NCBI GenBank assembly: GCA_965223665.1
Contig: OZ245011.1
Span: 1,920,001-1,984,000, forward strand
DNA length: 64,000 nucleotides
Origin: Nitrospinaceae bacterium
GTDB lineage: Bacteria; Nitrospinota; Nitrospinia; Nitrospinales; Nitrospinaceae
Direction: 5' to 3'
Positions 1-10,561 of this stretch are shown piece after piece; within the stretch, counting starts at the first letter, position 1; every line of letters begins with the position of its first letter. The translations under genes and the position numbers were made by a program. A model generated the notes under the pieces. It ran no database searches and was not told the origin of the DNA. It saw only the letters and a list, made by a program, of their open reading frames with translations.

Positions 1-2154
1 CTGATTTTTGAAATCATCATGGGAGAAGGCGGTATCATTCCCTTGAGTGACCGCACTCTCGAATTTTTAGCCAACGAGCATGAGCGCCTTGAAATTCCTT
101 ATATCATTGATGAAATTCAAACCGGTTGTGGTCGTACGGGAAGGGTCTTTGGTTTTGCAGACACAGCCCTTTCCAAAATTTCACCGGAATACATCACACT
201 CAGTAAAGCGCTGGGTGGCGGCATTTCTAAAATCGGTGCGACTCTGATCCGTAAAAATATTTATGAGCATGACTTTGGAATTTTACACACTTCCACGTTT
301 GGCGAAGATGACTTATCCAGTGAAGTGGCCTTAAAGACCCTGAACTTGCTTACAGAAAATAACAACGCCCAGTTAAAAGATGTTAAGGAAAAAGGTCAAA
401 CTATTATAGATGGACTCAGAGATTTACAAAGTGAGTTCCCGGAAATTATTAAAGATGTACGCGGACGCGGGTTAATGATTGGTTTGGAATTTACCACATT
501 GGAAGACCGCTCTCCCTTCTTTCGAGCTTCAGGGAAACAAGGCGTGCTTTCACTTTTAATCGCCAGCTACTTATTGCACTACCATCATATTCGAGTGCTG
601 GCTCCCTTAACCAATATGCTGAAGGGGAATCCCGGTAAAGTTCGTTTATCCATTATCCGCATTCAACCTCCGCTCACGATCACCCATGAGGAAATCCAGA
701 GATTGATTTCCGGGTTAAGAGAAGTTTGCAACATTATTCAAAATAATAATGAGTATTGTTTGATCGGTCATTTAATCGGCGCATCTTTAAGTTCCGAAGA
801 ACGTAAAAACTGTGCCTCCTTTGAAGCTTACTGGCCCATCGTCGATCAGCCACGTCCTATGGATGCCCGCGCCGGGTTTGTGGTCAACCCGACCAATTTA
901 ACCGTCCTCGCTGATTACTACTTCCCATCGTTTAAAGAATATTCCTGGGAAAAGAAAAATTTGCTCTCATGGTGGAATTGCGTCAGTCGATTCCTGGAGC
1001 CGGTCCATATCAGAAATGAGTACATTACTTCTAATGAATTCACCATTCAACTCAGCCTGGTTTTTGTTCCATACCTTCCTGAATATATTAACGCGAACAG
1101 AAAAGACCGTATTTTAGCAAAGGAAATGAGTGATAAGGTTCAGGATGCGGTGACGGTGGCCCGTGAATTGGGGGATGACAATATTCCTGTTTCTATCGTT
1201 GGTCTGGGAGGTTACACCTCCACCATCACTAAAAATGCATTGACGATTAATGATTATGAAATTCCTGTCACTACGGGAAATGCTTATACGACGGGCCTTG
1301 CTATTCAAGGTGTGATTTACGCGGCACAGGAAAAAAACATCGATATGAGTAAGGCGAAATTGGCCGTGGTCGGTGCCGGTGGAAATATTGGTTCCATTTT
1401 AGCTCAAATTTTAATTCCACGTGTGGAACAACTGGTATTAATCGGTAGCCAAAAACCAGGTAGTTTGGAACGTCTGCAAAACACACGTCAGCTATGCCTG
1501 CAGGAATTGTTGAAAAATATCCAGGCTGAAAAGCATTCCGGACAAAGTTTTGAAAATACGCAAATCCGGGGAGTGGGTTACCAGATTTATGAATACCTGG
1601 AACGGAATCATTCCGAAACAACGGAAGCCATCAGAAAAGGATTGGTCAGCGATACAATAACGCCCGATCAAATGGAAGCTTTTGAAAAAGAGTTATTCGA
1701 AGGTCCTTCCGGAATACGAATTGACCTATCGACATCCATTCAAGATTCTTACGATTGCGATATTATTATTTTATCAACCAACTCAGAAAACCCGGATCTC
1801 ATTAAGCCGGAATTCTATAAACACAATGCCATCTTATGTTGTGTTTCCCTACCTTCGAATCTCAGCAAAAACTTTAAGAACAGCAACGGTCAGTTAGCCT
1901 TCGATGGCAGTTTAGCCCGGTTACCGGAAGGATCGGAAATCAACTTCGTCGGGTTGCCCAGGCAAGGCCTGTCCTTCGGCTGTTTATCCGAAACCTTGGT
2001 CCTTGCTTTCGAAGGCCATAATCACTCCTTCAGTAAAGGGGAAATTAAATCTCAACAGGTTTACGAGATTATGGAGAAAGGTCTATTAAACGGCTTCGAT
2101 TTAGGAAGTTTAAAGTTTAACGAAAAAGTATTACTGGAAAGAAGTCCTCATTAA
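1..2154 (+). CDS. Class III PLP aminotransferase fused to an acyl-ACP/CoA (thioester) reductase-like domain; 5'-truncated by the window edge
   Basis: Frame is open from base 1 (LIFEIIMGEGG). Aminotransferase motifs DEIQTGCGRTG, SKALGGG, STFG, VRGRGLMIG. C-terminal half has AAR-like motifs IVGLGGYTS, TTGNAYT, Rossmann AVVGAGGNIG and FGCLSET. Confidence 0.85.
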   Translation: MIFEIIMGEGGIIPLSDRTLEFLANEHERLEIPYIIDEIQTGCGRTGRVFGFADTALSKISPEYITLSKALGGGISKIGATLIRKNIYEHDFGILHTSTFGEDDLSSEVALKTLNLLTENNNAQLKDVKEKGQTIIDGLRDLQSEFPEIIKDVRGRGLMIGLEFTTLEDRSPFFRASGKQGVLSLLIASYLLHYHHIRVLAPLTNMLKGNPGKVRLSIIRIQPPLTITHEEIQRLISGLREVCNIIQNNNEYCLIGHLIGASLSSEERKNCASFEAYWPIVDQPRPMDARAGFVVNPTNLTVLADYYFPSFKEYSWEKKNLLSWWNCVSRFLEPVHIRNEYITSNEFTIQLSLVFVPYLPEYINANRKDRILAKEMSDKVQDAVTVARELGDDNIPVSIVGLGGYTSTITKNALTINDYEIPVTTGNAYTTGLAIQGVIYAAQEKNIDMSKAKLAVVGAGGNIGSILAQILIPRVEQLVLIGSQKPGSLERLQNTRQLCLQELLKNIQAEKHSGQSFENTQIRGVGYQIYEYLERNHSETTEAIRKGLVSDTITPDQMEAFEKELFEGPSGIRIDLSTSIQDSYDCDIIILSTNSENPDLIKPEFYKHNAILCCVSLPSNLSKNFKNSNGQLAFDGSLARLPEGSEINFVGLPRQGLSFGCLSETLVLAFEGHNHSFSKGEIKSQQVYEIMEKGLLNGFDLGSLKFNEKVLLERSPH

Positions 2155-2176
2155 TCATTTTTACATCGGGAATGTC

Positions 2177-4021
2177 ATGTTTGATTTTAACGCAAAGCGA
2201 AAAGAAACCACATTTAAGGCATACAGTTCCATAACAAGTGTTGCCGATATCATTGAAAATCAGCTGCCCGCTTATGGCAACCGGGATGTACTTCGGTTTG
2301 ACCTGGGCAAACATTATGGAAGCTTGACCTTTGATGTTTATCTAAACTACCTCAAAGCCATGATCCAGTTTTTCACGCGGAATAATATCGAGCAAAAAGT
2401 CATCAGCACGTTTTGTAAGAACCGCATTGAATGGGACATGGTGGGAATGGCCACCTTCTATCGAGCGAACGCTTTATATCCGCTGGACACTAAAACGAAT
2501 CTGGTGGAACTTGAACATTTGCTCAAGCTGAATCCGCCCGATTATATGCTGATCGCGAAAGCTCAATTAACAAAAATGCGCCAATTAAAATCCAAATTGA
2601 ATCTCAAAACAATTTTTATCGTTGCGGATTTAATGGATGTCTTTGAAGATTTGAATTGTGAGGACGTGGATATCGCACCGGATGAAATTAAAGTGTCCAG
2701 CATATTTTCTGAATTCGATATGAACCAACCGGTCCAGAAAAGTGCCCTGCTGGATGATCCTAATACCATTCTGGGTCATTACCCGACTTCCGGGACCACC
2801 AGTCTGCCAAAAATCGTAGCGATCTCTCACGGCAATATTGTTGCTGAAGTTAACGAAGCCGTCGATGTCATCAACTTAAGACACAATGAAGATTTGCTGA
2901 ACATTGGACCTTATACGCATATAGCGACTTTGGTGGAATTCCTGGTAACGAAAACCCGCGGGTTTTGTGTCACCTATTTCACACGCGAGCCGGATGACGA
3001 TGACGTTTTGGAAGATGAAATTAAAAAATTAAAATCTCAGGGCGTTCGCATTAAAGCGTTAATGGCGGTGCCCAAGTTTTGGATTTATTTAATGAAAGAA
3101 GTGCTGGAGGAAATGAAAAACAAACCCGTCCTGCACGAGTTGTACAAACATTTGATCTCCATCGAAAAAAGCGGCAAGCTATACGACATCGGGACCCTGG
3201 ACAAAGCCAAGCTGGCCGCCACTCGCATCCTGTTGCGTAATAAAATGGGCGGCTATTTCAGTTACGGAATTTCTTCTTCCATGAAACTGGATGGAGCGAT
3301 CGTTGAAATTTTTGGGAAACTGGGAATCACGGTCATTGATATTTATGGGGCCACTGAATGCGCGGGTATCATCTCCCGTAACCGCCTGGATGATCTCAAC
3401 CCTGGTTCCTGTGGACGTATCATTAAACCTTTGGAGCACCGGTTGGTGAATCGTAAAATTATTCCCGGCATTCAAAAGCCGGTAGGTCATCTCGAAGTCA
3501 AAGGTCCAACCGTGGCACCTGCTTACCTGGGAGAGTCGAGGGGATTATTATTGAGCGATGACGGATTTTACTCAACTGGAGATTTGTGCTGGGTCGATGA
3601 CCAGGGTTGGCTGCATATCGTGGGTCGTGAAAAAGAACTGACACTTTGGAAGGATGGAACTTATATTGATCCACAATATCTATCCAATCTGATGGTGCGC
3701 AGTATTTATATCAAGGATGCGATGGTAACGCAGGTGAACCCCGAGGATGATTACCTCAGCGTTTTTGTTTTTCCGGATGAAAAACGTTTTCGCAAAGATC
3801 CAAAGATTAAGAAACAAATTGAGACCGGTCTCAACTGGGACACGGCGTTGCGCCACCGAATTGAAGAGGCAATCGATTACACTCAGTCCGTGGCAAAAGT
3901 TACTGCTAGACTGAGCAAGGAGCACATTTTTATTTTGCCTAAAAAATTAGAGCGTACGCCAACGCATAAAATTAAATTTATTTTTGAACGTCAACGTATC
4001 CATTTAGCACGCCCTATTTAA
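2177..4021 (+). CDS. AMP-dependent acyl-CoA/acyl-ACP ligase (ANL superfamily)
   Basis: PTSGTTSLPK P-loop, YGATE, TGD, GREK and C-terminal TPTHKIK lysine motif. Confidence 0.85.
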   Translation: MFDFNAKRKETTFKAYSSITSVADIIENQLPAYGNRDVLRFDLGKHYGSLTFDVYLNYLKAMIQFFTRNNIEQKVISTFCKNRIEWDMVGMATFYRANALYPLDTKTNLVELEHLLKLNPPDYMLIAKAQLTKMRQLKSKLNLKTIFIVADLMDVFEDLNCEDVDIAPDEIKVSSIFSEFDMNQPVQKSALLDDPNTILGHYPTSGTTSLPKIVAISHGNIVAEVNEAVDVINLRHNEDLLNIGPYTHIATLVEFLVTKTRGFCVTYFTREPDDDDVLEDEIKKLKSQGVRIKALMAVPKFWIYLMKEVLEEMKNKPVLHELYKHLISIEKSGKLYDIGTLDKAKLAATRILLRNKMGGYFSYGISSSMKLDGAIVEIFGKLGITVIDIYGATECAGIISRNRLDDLNPGSCGRIIKPLEHRLVNRKIIPGIQKPVGHLEVKGPTVAPAYLGESRGLLLSDDGFYSTGDLCWVDDQGWLHIVGREKELTLWKDGTYIDPQYLSNLMVRSIYIKDAMVTQVNPEDDYLSVFVFPDEKRFRKDPKIKKQIETGLNWDTALRHRIEEAIDYTQSVAKVTARLSKEHIFILPKKLERTPTHKIKFIFERQRIHLARPI

Positions 4022-4055
4022 GTGCTAATGTAACCTTTTTAATACACACATTATT

Positions 4056-4853
4056 ATGAAAACAAAAATCAGTTATCTATTATCAGGAATGCTTCTTATC
4101 CTTCTATTCAATGGCACCCATGCCGTATCCAAAAACAGTACGGACAAAGGGAACCAAGTGGTTCAGGCTGTGGATAACCACGAAGCAGGTTATATCAATT
4201 TAAAGTCGGATGTCACGATGATCCTTGAGGATAAAAAAGGCAAAACACGCAAACGGTTTTTTAAATACACGATGCTGGAATCTGAACCGCTGGGGGATAA
4301 ACGAAAATTTGTCTTTGAACGCCCGCGTGATATTAAAGGCACTGCGGTTCTGATCCATTCCAAAGTTGTGGAAGATGATGCGCAATGGATTTTTCTGCCT
4401 GCGTTTAAACGAGTCAAACGAATCTCCAGCACCAACAAAAGCACTCCCTTCATGGGAAGCGAGTTCAGTTATGAAGATTTATCTTCCCAGGAGCTGGAGA
4501 AATATGAAAACCACTATGTCCGCCACGATGCCTGTGACGACAAAGAATGCGATGTGATCGAACGCGTCCCAAATTTTCCTCACTCGCTTTACAGCAAGCT
4601 GGTGGTTTATGTGGACAAGAAGGATAACCGCTATCGAAAAATTATTTACTTTGATAAAAAAGGGAAAAAGATTAAAACTCAAACTCTGAGTGATTATAAA
4701 TTGTATTCCGATCGTTACTTGCTACCGAACAAAATGGTAATGGTGAATCATAAGAATGGAAAGAAAACCACCATGCTTTGGGAAGACATCAAGTTAAAGA
4801 CAAACATAGTGAAAAGACATTTTAATGTGTCCGCTTTGAAGCGATCGCATTAA
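4056..4853 (+). CDS. Outer-membrane lipoprotein-sorting (LolA-like) protein
   Basis: Signal peptide; motifs PRDIKGTAVL, QWIFLPAFKRVKRI, FMGSEFSYEDL; adjacent to an MMPL gene. Confidence 0.85.
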   Translation: MKTKISYLLSGMLLILLFNGTHAVSKNSTDKGNQVVQAVDNHEAGYINLKSDVTMILEDKKGKTRKRFFKYTMLESEPLGDKRKFVFERPRDIKGTAVLIHSKVVEDDAQWIFLPAFKRVKRISSTNKSTPFMGSEFSYEDLSSQELEKYENHYVRHDACDDKECDVIERVPNFPHSLYSKLVVYVDKKDNRYRKIIYFDKKGKKIKTQTLSDYKLYSDRYLLPNKMVMVNHKNGKKTTMLWEDIKLKTNIVKRHFNVSALKRSH

Positions 4854-4952
4854 CAAGGAGGCAGATGTGCTCCCCCTTTCATGAAGGGGGCTGGGGGGAT
4901 TTTTCCTTAGTTACTTTTAAATTGTTAACATGACTGAACCGCGACTCCAATT

Positions 4953-7253
4953 ATGTATATAACCACACTCATCCGTTGGCGAAGGACGATATTGTTAATG
5001 TGGGCGTGTGTTCTTTTGGCATTCGCCGGGATTATAGTGAACAAACTCTTTTTGTCGTCGGATCCTTCCATTGATAATTCCGTCGGCATTTGGTTCAACA
5101 AAACCGATCCGGATTTAATCACATACGAACAATACAACGATACTTTCGGGGAAAAGGAATGGAGTATTCTGCTTTTGCAAACGGATTCCATTTACAGCCC
5201 CGAATTCTTATCGGATCTTGATTCCATCACGGAAAAAATCAGTGAACTCAAAAACGTTGTCAAGGTCACCTCAATCACCAATGTTCGCGATAATTTTTTG
5301 ACCGACGATGGCTCTCTGGATTACAGACGACTCTATTCGGAGCAGGTGCCCACCGATTCCAAGGCGCTTCAACAATTTCAGGATCAACTGAAACGTAATC
5401 CGATTTTTGAGCGAAGTCTCATTATAAAAAATGATGAGACTTCCACTGCGCTGCTTATTCAAAATGACAATTTCATCAATGACCCGACCGAATACCGGAT
5501 TCAACTGGTCGACGGCATCACCCACATTGTCAATGAACACGCCAGTATAAAAAACTTTGCGCTGGCCGGAACCACCGTGGTTAATGCAGAACTTAACCGT
5601 GCGTCTAAACGGGACGTGTTTGTTTTTTACTCTTTGATCACCGTGTTGCTGACCTTCATCGGTTTTTATATATTGAAGAGTCTGCGCAATTTACTGGTGA
5701 TGTATTCCGTAGTAGTCACCAGTTCCATCCCGGCGATGGGCATGCTGGCCGCGCTGAACATTCCTTACAATATGATCACCGTCATGCTGCCCACCATCTT
5801 AATTGCGCTTTCGGTAGCGGGAGTCGTTCACATAATTACGGAGTTTCATCTTTCCCGTTTTAAACAATCGAGTGAGGCGGCCATCGCCACAACCTTGAGC
5901 CGATTGTTTAAGCCCACCGTCTGGACGACGGTCACTACAATTGCCGGGTTCAGTTCTTTCACCACCAGTAATGTGTTTCCCGTTTTTCAGTTGGGCTTGT
6001 TCTCCGCGGTCGGGTTGTTCCTGGCGGGTGTCGCCAATTTAGTGATTGCCCCTCTTCTATTGCTTATGCTTTGGCCGGACCGAATTCAATCCCCCGAGCC
6101 ATTCAAAAAACCCAACTCTCTGAACCGTTGGCATAACTCGAATGGATTTCGCTTTGGAGTTTTATTGTGTACGTTGATCCTGCTGCTGCCTGTTTTCAGC
6201 TTGCCGCGACTGGAAGTCGACACGAACTATATAAAATTCTTTTCGGAATCGCATCCGACGTCTCAATCCTATGACCTGATTAAAAAAGTAGGGTTTGCGC
6301 AGAACCCGATTGTCCTGCAATTAAAATATTCAGACGATCAACCCTACTCCGCTTCACAACAAATTAAAGGAACTGTTGCATTTGAGAAAGCGCTAAAAAA
6401 GTTGCCGGAAGTGGTGAAAATTTTATCCTCCAGTGACTTCCTGGAAGAAATCAATAAAGCGTTTAATGATCAAGAAGCGAAACCGCTGGACCGGTACAAC
6501 AAATCTCAGATCGAGCAGTTGCTGTTACTGGGAGAACTCAGTGGTAATGACGATCTCACCGATTTCATTCTTTCTGGAGCCACCGATGTTCAGATCATTG
6601 TCATGACGCAATACATGAGTTCGCGAGAGCTCGATGCGTTTAAAGACAAGCTGTTCAATTTACAAAATCAGTTTCTTCCTAAAGAAGTGCATATGGATGT
6701 GACGGGTACCACCACCTTGTGGGCCAACATGGATACGCAGGTCAGCAACACTCAGTTTTATTCTCTGTTGTTTATCACTTTATTCCTGTTGGTGTTGTTG
6801 CCGCTGATATTTGGCTCTCTCACGCTGGGGCTGATCGGGTTGGCTGTTAACATTTTGCCACTGGCGATTACATTGGGCACTATGGCGTTTCTCGATATCA
6901 AAATTAATATTGCTACTGCACTCATTGGTGGAATTTCGTTGGGCGTAGTGGTGGATGACACCATTCACTTCATTTCTCGAATCATTCAAAACCAAAAAAG
7001 CGGACAAAGCATTACCGAGGCGGTAGAAAACTCTATTCAAACCATCGGCAAAAGTATTATTTATACCACCTTGATTTTAATTGTCGGGTTTTCCTGTATG
7101 GCATCCTCAAACTTTCTACCCAGCGCGCACTTTGGAATTTTTATTTCCTTGTCCATCTTCCTGGCGTTACTACTGGATTTATTTTGCGTTCCGGCTTTAT
7201 TAAAATCGTTTCCGGAACTCACAAAACGAAGAAGGCTGGCCGAACAGTCTTGA
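4953..7253 (+). CDS. MMPL/RND-family transporter
   Basis: Duplicated TM bundles with two periplasmic loops; GVVVDDTIHF motif. Confidence 0.9.
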   Translation: MYITTLIRWRRTILLMWACVLLAFAGIIVNKLFLSSDPSIDNSVGIWFNKTDPDLITYEQYNDTFGEKEWSILLLQTDSIYSPEFLSDLDSITEKISELKNVVKVTSITNVRDNFLTDDGSLDYRRLYSEQVPTDSKALQQFQDQLKRNPIFERSLIIKNDETSTALLIQNDNFINDPTEYRIQLVDGITHIVNEHASIKNFALAGTTVVNAELNRASKRDVFVFYSLITVLLTFIGFYILKSLRNLLVMYSVVVTSSIPAMGMLAALNIPYNMITVMLPTILIALSVAGVVHIITEFHLSRFKQSSEAAIATTLSRLFKPTVWTTVTTIAGFSSFTTSNVFPVFQLGLFSAVGLFLAGVANLVIAPLLLLMLWPDRIQSPEPFKKPNSLNRWHNSNGFRFGVLLCTLILLLPVFSLPRLEVDTNYIKFFSESHPTSQSYDLIKKVGFAQNPIVLQLKYSDDQPYSASQQIKGTVAFEKALKKLPEVVKILSSSDFLEEINKAFNDQEAKPLDRYNKSQIEQLLLLGELSGNDDLTDFILSGATDVQIIVMTQYMSSRELDAFKDKLFNLQNQFLPKEVHMDVTGTTTLWANMDTQVSNTQFYSLLFITLFLLVLLPLIFGSLTLGLIGLAVNILPLAITLGTMAFLDIKINIATALIGGISLGVVVDDTIHFISRIIQNQKSGQSITEAVENSIQTIGKSIIYTTLILIVGFSCMASSNFLPSAHFGIFISLSIFLALLLDLFCVPALLKSFPELTKRRRLAEQS

Positions 7254-7301
7254 TTTTTTTGGGGAATGATATAAAGTCAGAATCACAGAGGGGGGCAAAG
7301 C

Positions 7302-7730
7302 ATGATTCTGGAAAACCAAATAGACATAGACGCACCACAGGACCGAGTTTGGAAAATCACCATCGATGTTGAATCCTGGCCGCAATGGTCACCGGCTATG
7401 GAAAGAATTGTTCGCGAAGACAAAGGCGAGTTCCAGGTCGGAAGCACCGCACTCATCAAACAAAAAATGATTCCCGAAACCCGGTGGGTGGTCACCAGTT
7501 GCACTCCCCCGGAAAGTTTCTCCTGGAAAGCCAAGGTGCTGGGCATTGAAATGATAGCCACGCATTTTCTCCTTCCCCGCGAATCCGGCGTCACCAGTAT
7601 GCTGCAATTGGAAATGGTAGGCGCTATGGCAGCAATTTTAGGTCCGGCCATCAAAGATCAAGTCACCAAGGCCCTGGCCGAAGAAAACCACGGCCTCAAA
7701 CAATTTTGCGAAGCGGAAGAAAAAGGGTAA
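7302..7730 (+). CDS. SRPBCC (polyketide cyclase/START) family protein
   Basis: IDIDAPQDRVW...DVESWPQWSP N-terminal signature; 142 aa. Confidence 0.85.
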   Translation: MILENQIDIDAPQDRVWKITIDVESWPQWSPAMERIVREDKGEFQVGSTALIKQKMIPETRWVVTSCTPPESFSWKAKVLGIEMIATHFLLPRESGVTSMLQLEMVGAMAAILGPAIKDQVTKALAEENHGLKQFCEAEEKG

Positions 7731-7802
7731 AGAAAAATATTTTAAAATCAAGACAAGTAGGATCATAGGAATAAAAATTTTGTTAAATTAAAAGTAAATA
7801 AA

Positions 7803-8450
7803 ATGTATTGGGGTTTTAAAAATATCTATGGTGAAAGGTTAGATAGGTTGAACAACGCTCCTCCATTTAAGGAAATAGTAGAGAAAATTAACGAGGAGAT
7901 GAAGGTAGTCTGCTGTCATTGGATAGAGGCCCAGGATGATCCCATAGATTATATTTTTGAGCCACCGTTTCACCGCATCGTTTTTTGCGTAGAAGTTAGT
8001 GAAGACCTCTTTGATATATTCTTTAATTCCAAAAATGGATATCGTGCTCAATATTTTATTTCTCCGGAACAAGGCCTTATAGAAAACTGTAAACTTATCA
8101 AGACGGTCACTCCGAAACTTATGGAAGAGATGCAAAATATTAGTGATTGTAAAGGTATAGACGACTGGGCAAGGAAATCATTAGAGGAAGAGTCAGCAAA
8201 AGCTTGGCGCCTCGAAATAGGAAAAGAACTCTGTACAAATTGTAAAATTGACAGTGAAGACGCAAAATCAGAAATTAGAAATAATCGTTGGGAAATTTTT
8301 AACCATACGAATGCAGAAAAGGGTGTAAAAGCTCATTACTTTAATAAGATTCGTTTCTTCGGTGGTTTTTTAAATAAAAAATTTCAACCTTGGGTTGATA
8401 AGAAAAAATGGTGTCGGCACTGGGAAATCCACAAATGGGGTTTTTCTTAA
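7803..8450 (+). CDS. Hypothetical protein
   Basis: 215-aa ORF, AT-rich, no recognised motif. Confidence 0.55.
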   Translation: MYWGFKNIYGERLDRLNNAPPFKEIVEKINEEMKVVCCHWIEAQDDPIDYIFEPPFHRIVFCVEVSEDLFDIFFNSKNGYRAQYFISPEQGLIENCKLIKTVTPKLMEEMQNISDCKGIDDWARKSLEEESAKAWRLEIGKELCTNCKIDSEDAKSEIRNNRWEIFNHTNAEKGVKAHYFNKIRFFGGFLNKKFQPWVDKKKWCRHWEIHKWGFS

Positions 8451-8706
8451 TAGGCCACAAGCCGTCATCGAGATCAAAAAAGAGTTTTGCTCCTCCGACT
8501 TCCTTTTCTTGCTTAGTTTTTCCCAACCTATGGGGTTACCTTTAGAAGAAACCTGTTGAAAGTGTTAGTGATGTGCTCCCTCTTTCCTAAAGAGGGCTGG
8601 GGTGATTGACCACTTGGGGTTTCAGAACTGTTAGAAGAAATAGTGAGAAGTTTCTGCGAATTCAGTTTGCAGGAAAACACATCGCAAATCAATTTTGGGT
8701 GCAGCG

Positions 8707-9324
8707 TCACGCGGCTTTCCTGAAGAGCATTTCGATGTAGGTTTTGTAGTGTTGAATCTGGTGGGTGACGATTTTGGGATCGTTCAGGGAGCGGGCGAGG
8801 ATAAACGCGCCTTCGATTAAAACTAAAAACTGATCGGCCAGGGATTCGAGATGAACTTTTTTTGCAGGTGGGTTTTCCTTTGCAATTTTTTTTAAGCGTT
8901 TGGTCAATTCCCTCCGCCAGGTTAAAAAGACGTTATTGATAATCTCCCGTGTTTCTTCATCAAACAATTGCAACTCGTAAATGTAAGACGCCAGCAAACA
9001 TCCCGGCGAAGGTTTTTCAAATTCGGAAAAGTATTCTTCCCACAATCCGATCATGATCAGATATTGCTGTAGCGGATCGCTGCTCAATTTTTCGGCGCGG
9101 GCTAAGTTTCCCTGCATGATGTCAATGTCACTTTGGGCATAACGTTCGATCAGCTTGAATGCTAAATCGTTTTTACTTTTAAAGTGATGAAAAAACGCAC
9201 CCTTCGTCACGTCCATTGAATCGATCAAGCGGTCGATAGAAACCGCCGAAAACCCGTTGTCCAGGATCAAAGTCTGCGCCGTATCCAAAATTTTTTCGCG
9301 GGTGGCCTCCCCTTTTTTTGACAT
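8707..9324 (-). CDS. TetR/AcrR family regulator (NemR/LmrA-like)
   Basis: N-terminal HTH TREKILDTA...GF...VTKGAFFHHFKSK; GCLL motif; GGAGG RBS. Confidence 0.92.
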   Translation of the reverse strand: MSKKGEATREKILDTAQTLILDNGFSAVSIDRLIDSMDVTKGAFFHHFKSKNDLAFKLIERYAQSDIDIMQGNLARAEKLSSDPLQQYLIMIGLWEEYFSEFEKPSPGCLLASYIYELQLFDEETREIINNVFLTWRRELTKRLKKIAKENPPAKKVHLESLADQFLVLIEGAFILARSLNDPKIVTHQIQHYKTYIEMLFRKAA

Positions 9325-9636
9325 GCTTTAACCTCCAAATATTAGAAAGCCTGCTTTAAACATATGATTCCTACAATTAGAAAAATACCGGCTACCCAAG
9401 GAAAGGAAAAATCCCAGGCGGTCAATCACCCCAGCCCGCAGCGTGACGCTGCACCCAGAATTAATCTTCGATGAGTTTCTGAAGATAACATATCGTCAGA
9501 AACCTTGCGGAAATCTCTGTTGCCTCCAACCGCCAGGTTGGAAAAGAGGGAGCGCATCCATCTCCTTTAAATATCTTCAGAGTTTTCTGCCCTATTTTCT
9601 TGTGGGCAAGCGTCTCTAAAAAATAGCATCTTCTTA

Positions 9637-9798
9637 AAACATATCAAATAGTATGAAAAATGTCCAACAACTTAAAAAAAAATCAAAATTAATTAACATA
9701 AATACTTATTTTTAAACACTTTATAAAAAACATACTAAATAGTATTGACTTTTACGATTTCCTGCCTATAATTAAACATACTGAATGGTATGTTTAAT
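9637..9798 (+). promoter_or_regulatory. Sigma70 promoter with three TetR-type operator copies
   Basis: TTGACT (9745-9750), 16 bp spacer, TATAAT (9767-9772). Inverted repeat ATTAAACATAC-N6-GTATGTTTAAT (9771-9798). Degenerate copies at 9637-9655 and 9728-9746. Confidence 0.75.
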
Positions 9799-9817
9799 GA
9801 ACTGAGAGGAGGAACTC

Positions 9818-10561
9818 ATGTTTGAAATCATCGAAATTATCACACTGGCCACTATTCCGGCATTTTTGTTACTGGATATATGGATGCAGAAACGTAAATA
9901 CTCGGCTCCGCGCTATTGGCGGTTGCGCGCCCTGCTGGTTACCATCGCAATCGTATTTGTGGCCGAGCAGGTGGCTTCGTTCTGGGGAGGTGTTTTTGGA
10001 GAAACCCATTTACTCGATTTAAGTGGTCTGGGGATTGTCGGCGGGGCTGTGGTCGGACTTCTGGTTTACGAGTTTTTTCATTATTGGTATCACCGCCTCG
10101 CGCATCAATGGGATTGGTTATGGAAAGCGGGACACCAGATGCACCACAGTGCGGAAAGTCTGGATGCGTTTGGCGCCAATTATCTGCATCCGCTGGATGC
10201 CGCCATATTTGCCACCATTGGCAGTCTGGTTTTCTTTCCCCTTTTGGGACTGCAAACCGAGGCGGGAATTGTAGCCACGTTGTTCTTAACTTTTAATGCA
10301 ATGTTTCAACACGCGAATATCAACACACCGCATTGGCTCGGTTACATTATTCAGCGACCGGAAAGCCATGCGATTCACCACAGCAAAGGGTTTCATCGCA
10401 ACAACTATGCGGATCTCGCTTTATGGGACATGGTGTTTGGCACGTTTCAAAATCCGAAAAGTGTCGATGACCTGGAAATGGGTTTTTACAAAGGCGCTTC
10501 AGGTCGGATTAAAGATATGCTGCTCGGCCGCGATGTCACCATTCCGCAAATCAGCCAATGA
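9818..10561 (+). CDS. Sterol desaturase / fatty-acid hydroxylase superfamily protein
   Basis: His boxes HRLAH, HQMHH, HAN, HAIHH; TM segments; NYA...WD..FGTF. Confidence 0.9.
   Translation: MFEIIEIITLATIPAFLLLDIWMQKRKYSAPRYWRLRALLVTIAIVFVAEQVASFWGGVFGETHLLDLSGLGIVGGAVVGLLVYEFFHYWYHRLAHQWDWLWKAGHQMHHSAESLDAFGANYLHPLDAAIFATIGSLVFFPLLGLQTEAGIVATLFLTFNAMFQHANINTPHWLGYIIQRPESHAIHHSKGFHRNNYADLALWDMVFGTFQNPKSVDDLEMGFYKGASGRIKDMLLGRDVTIPQISQ

Noticed and set aside
8528-8710. 60-aa ORF sharing GQSPQPSLGKREHI with ORF 28445-28720
   Set aside because: The shared peptide is just the translation of the REP-like DNA repeat
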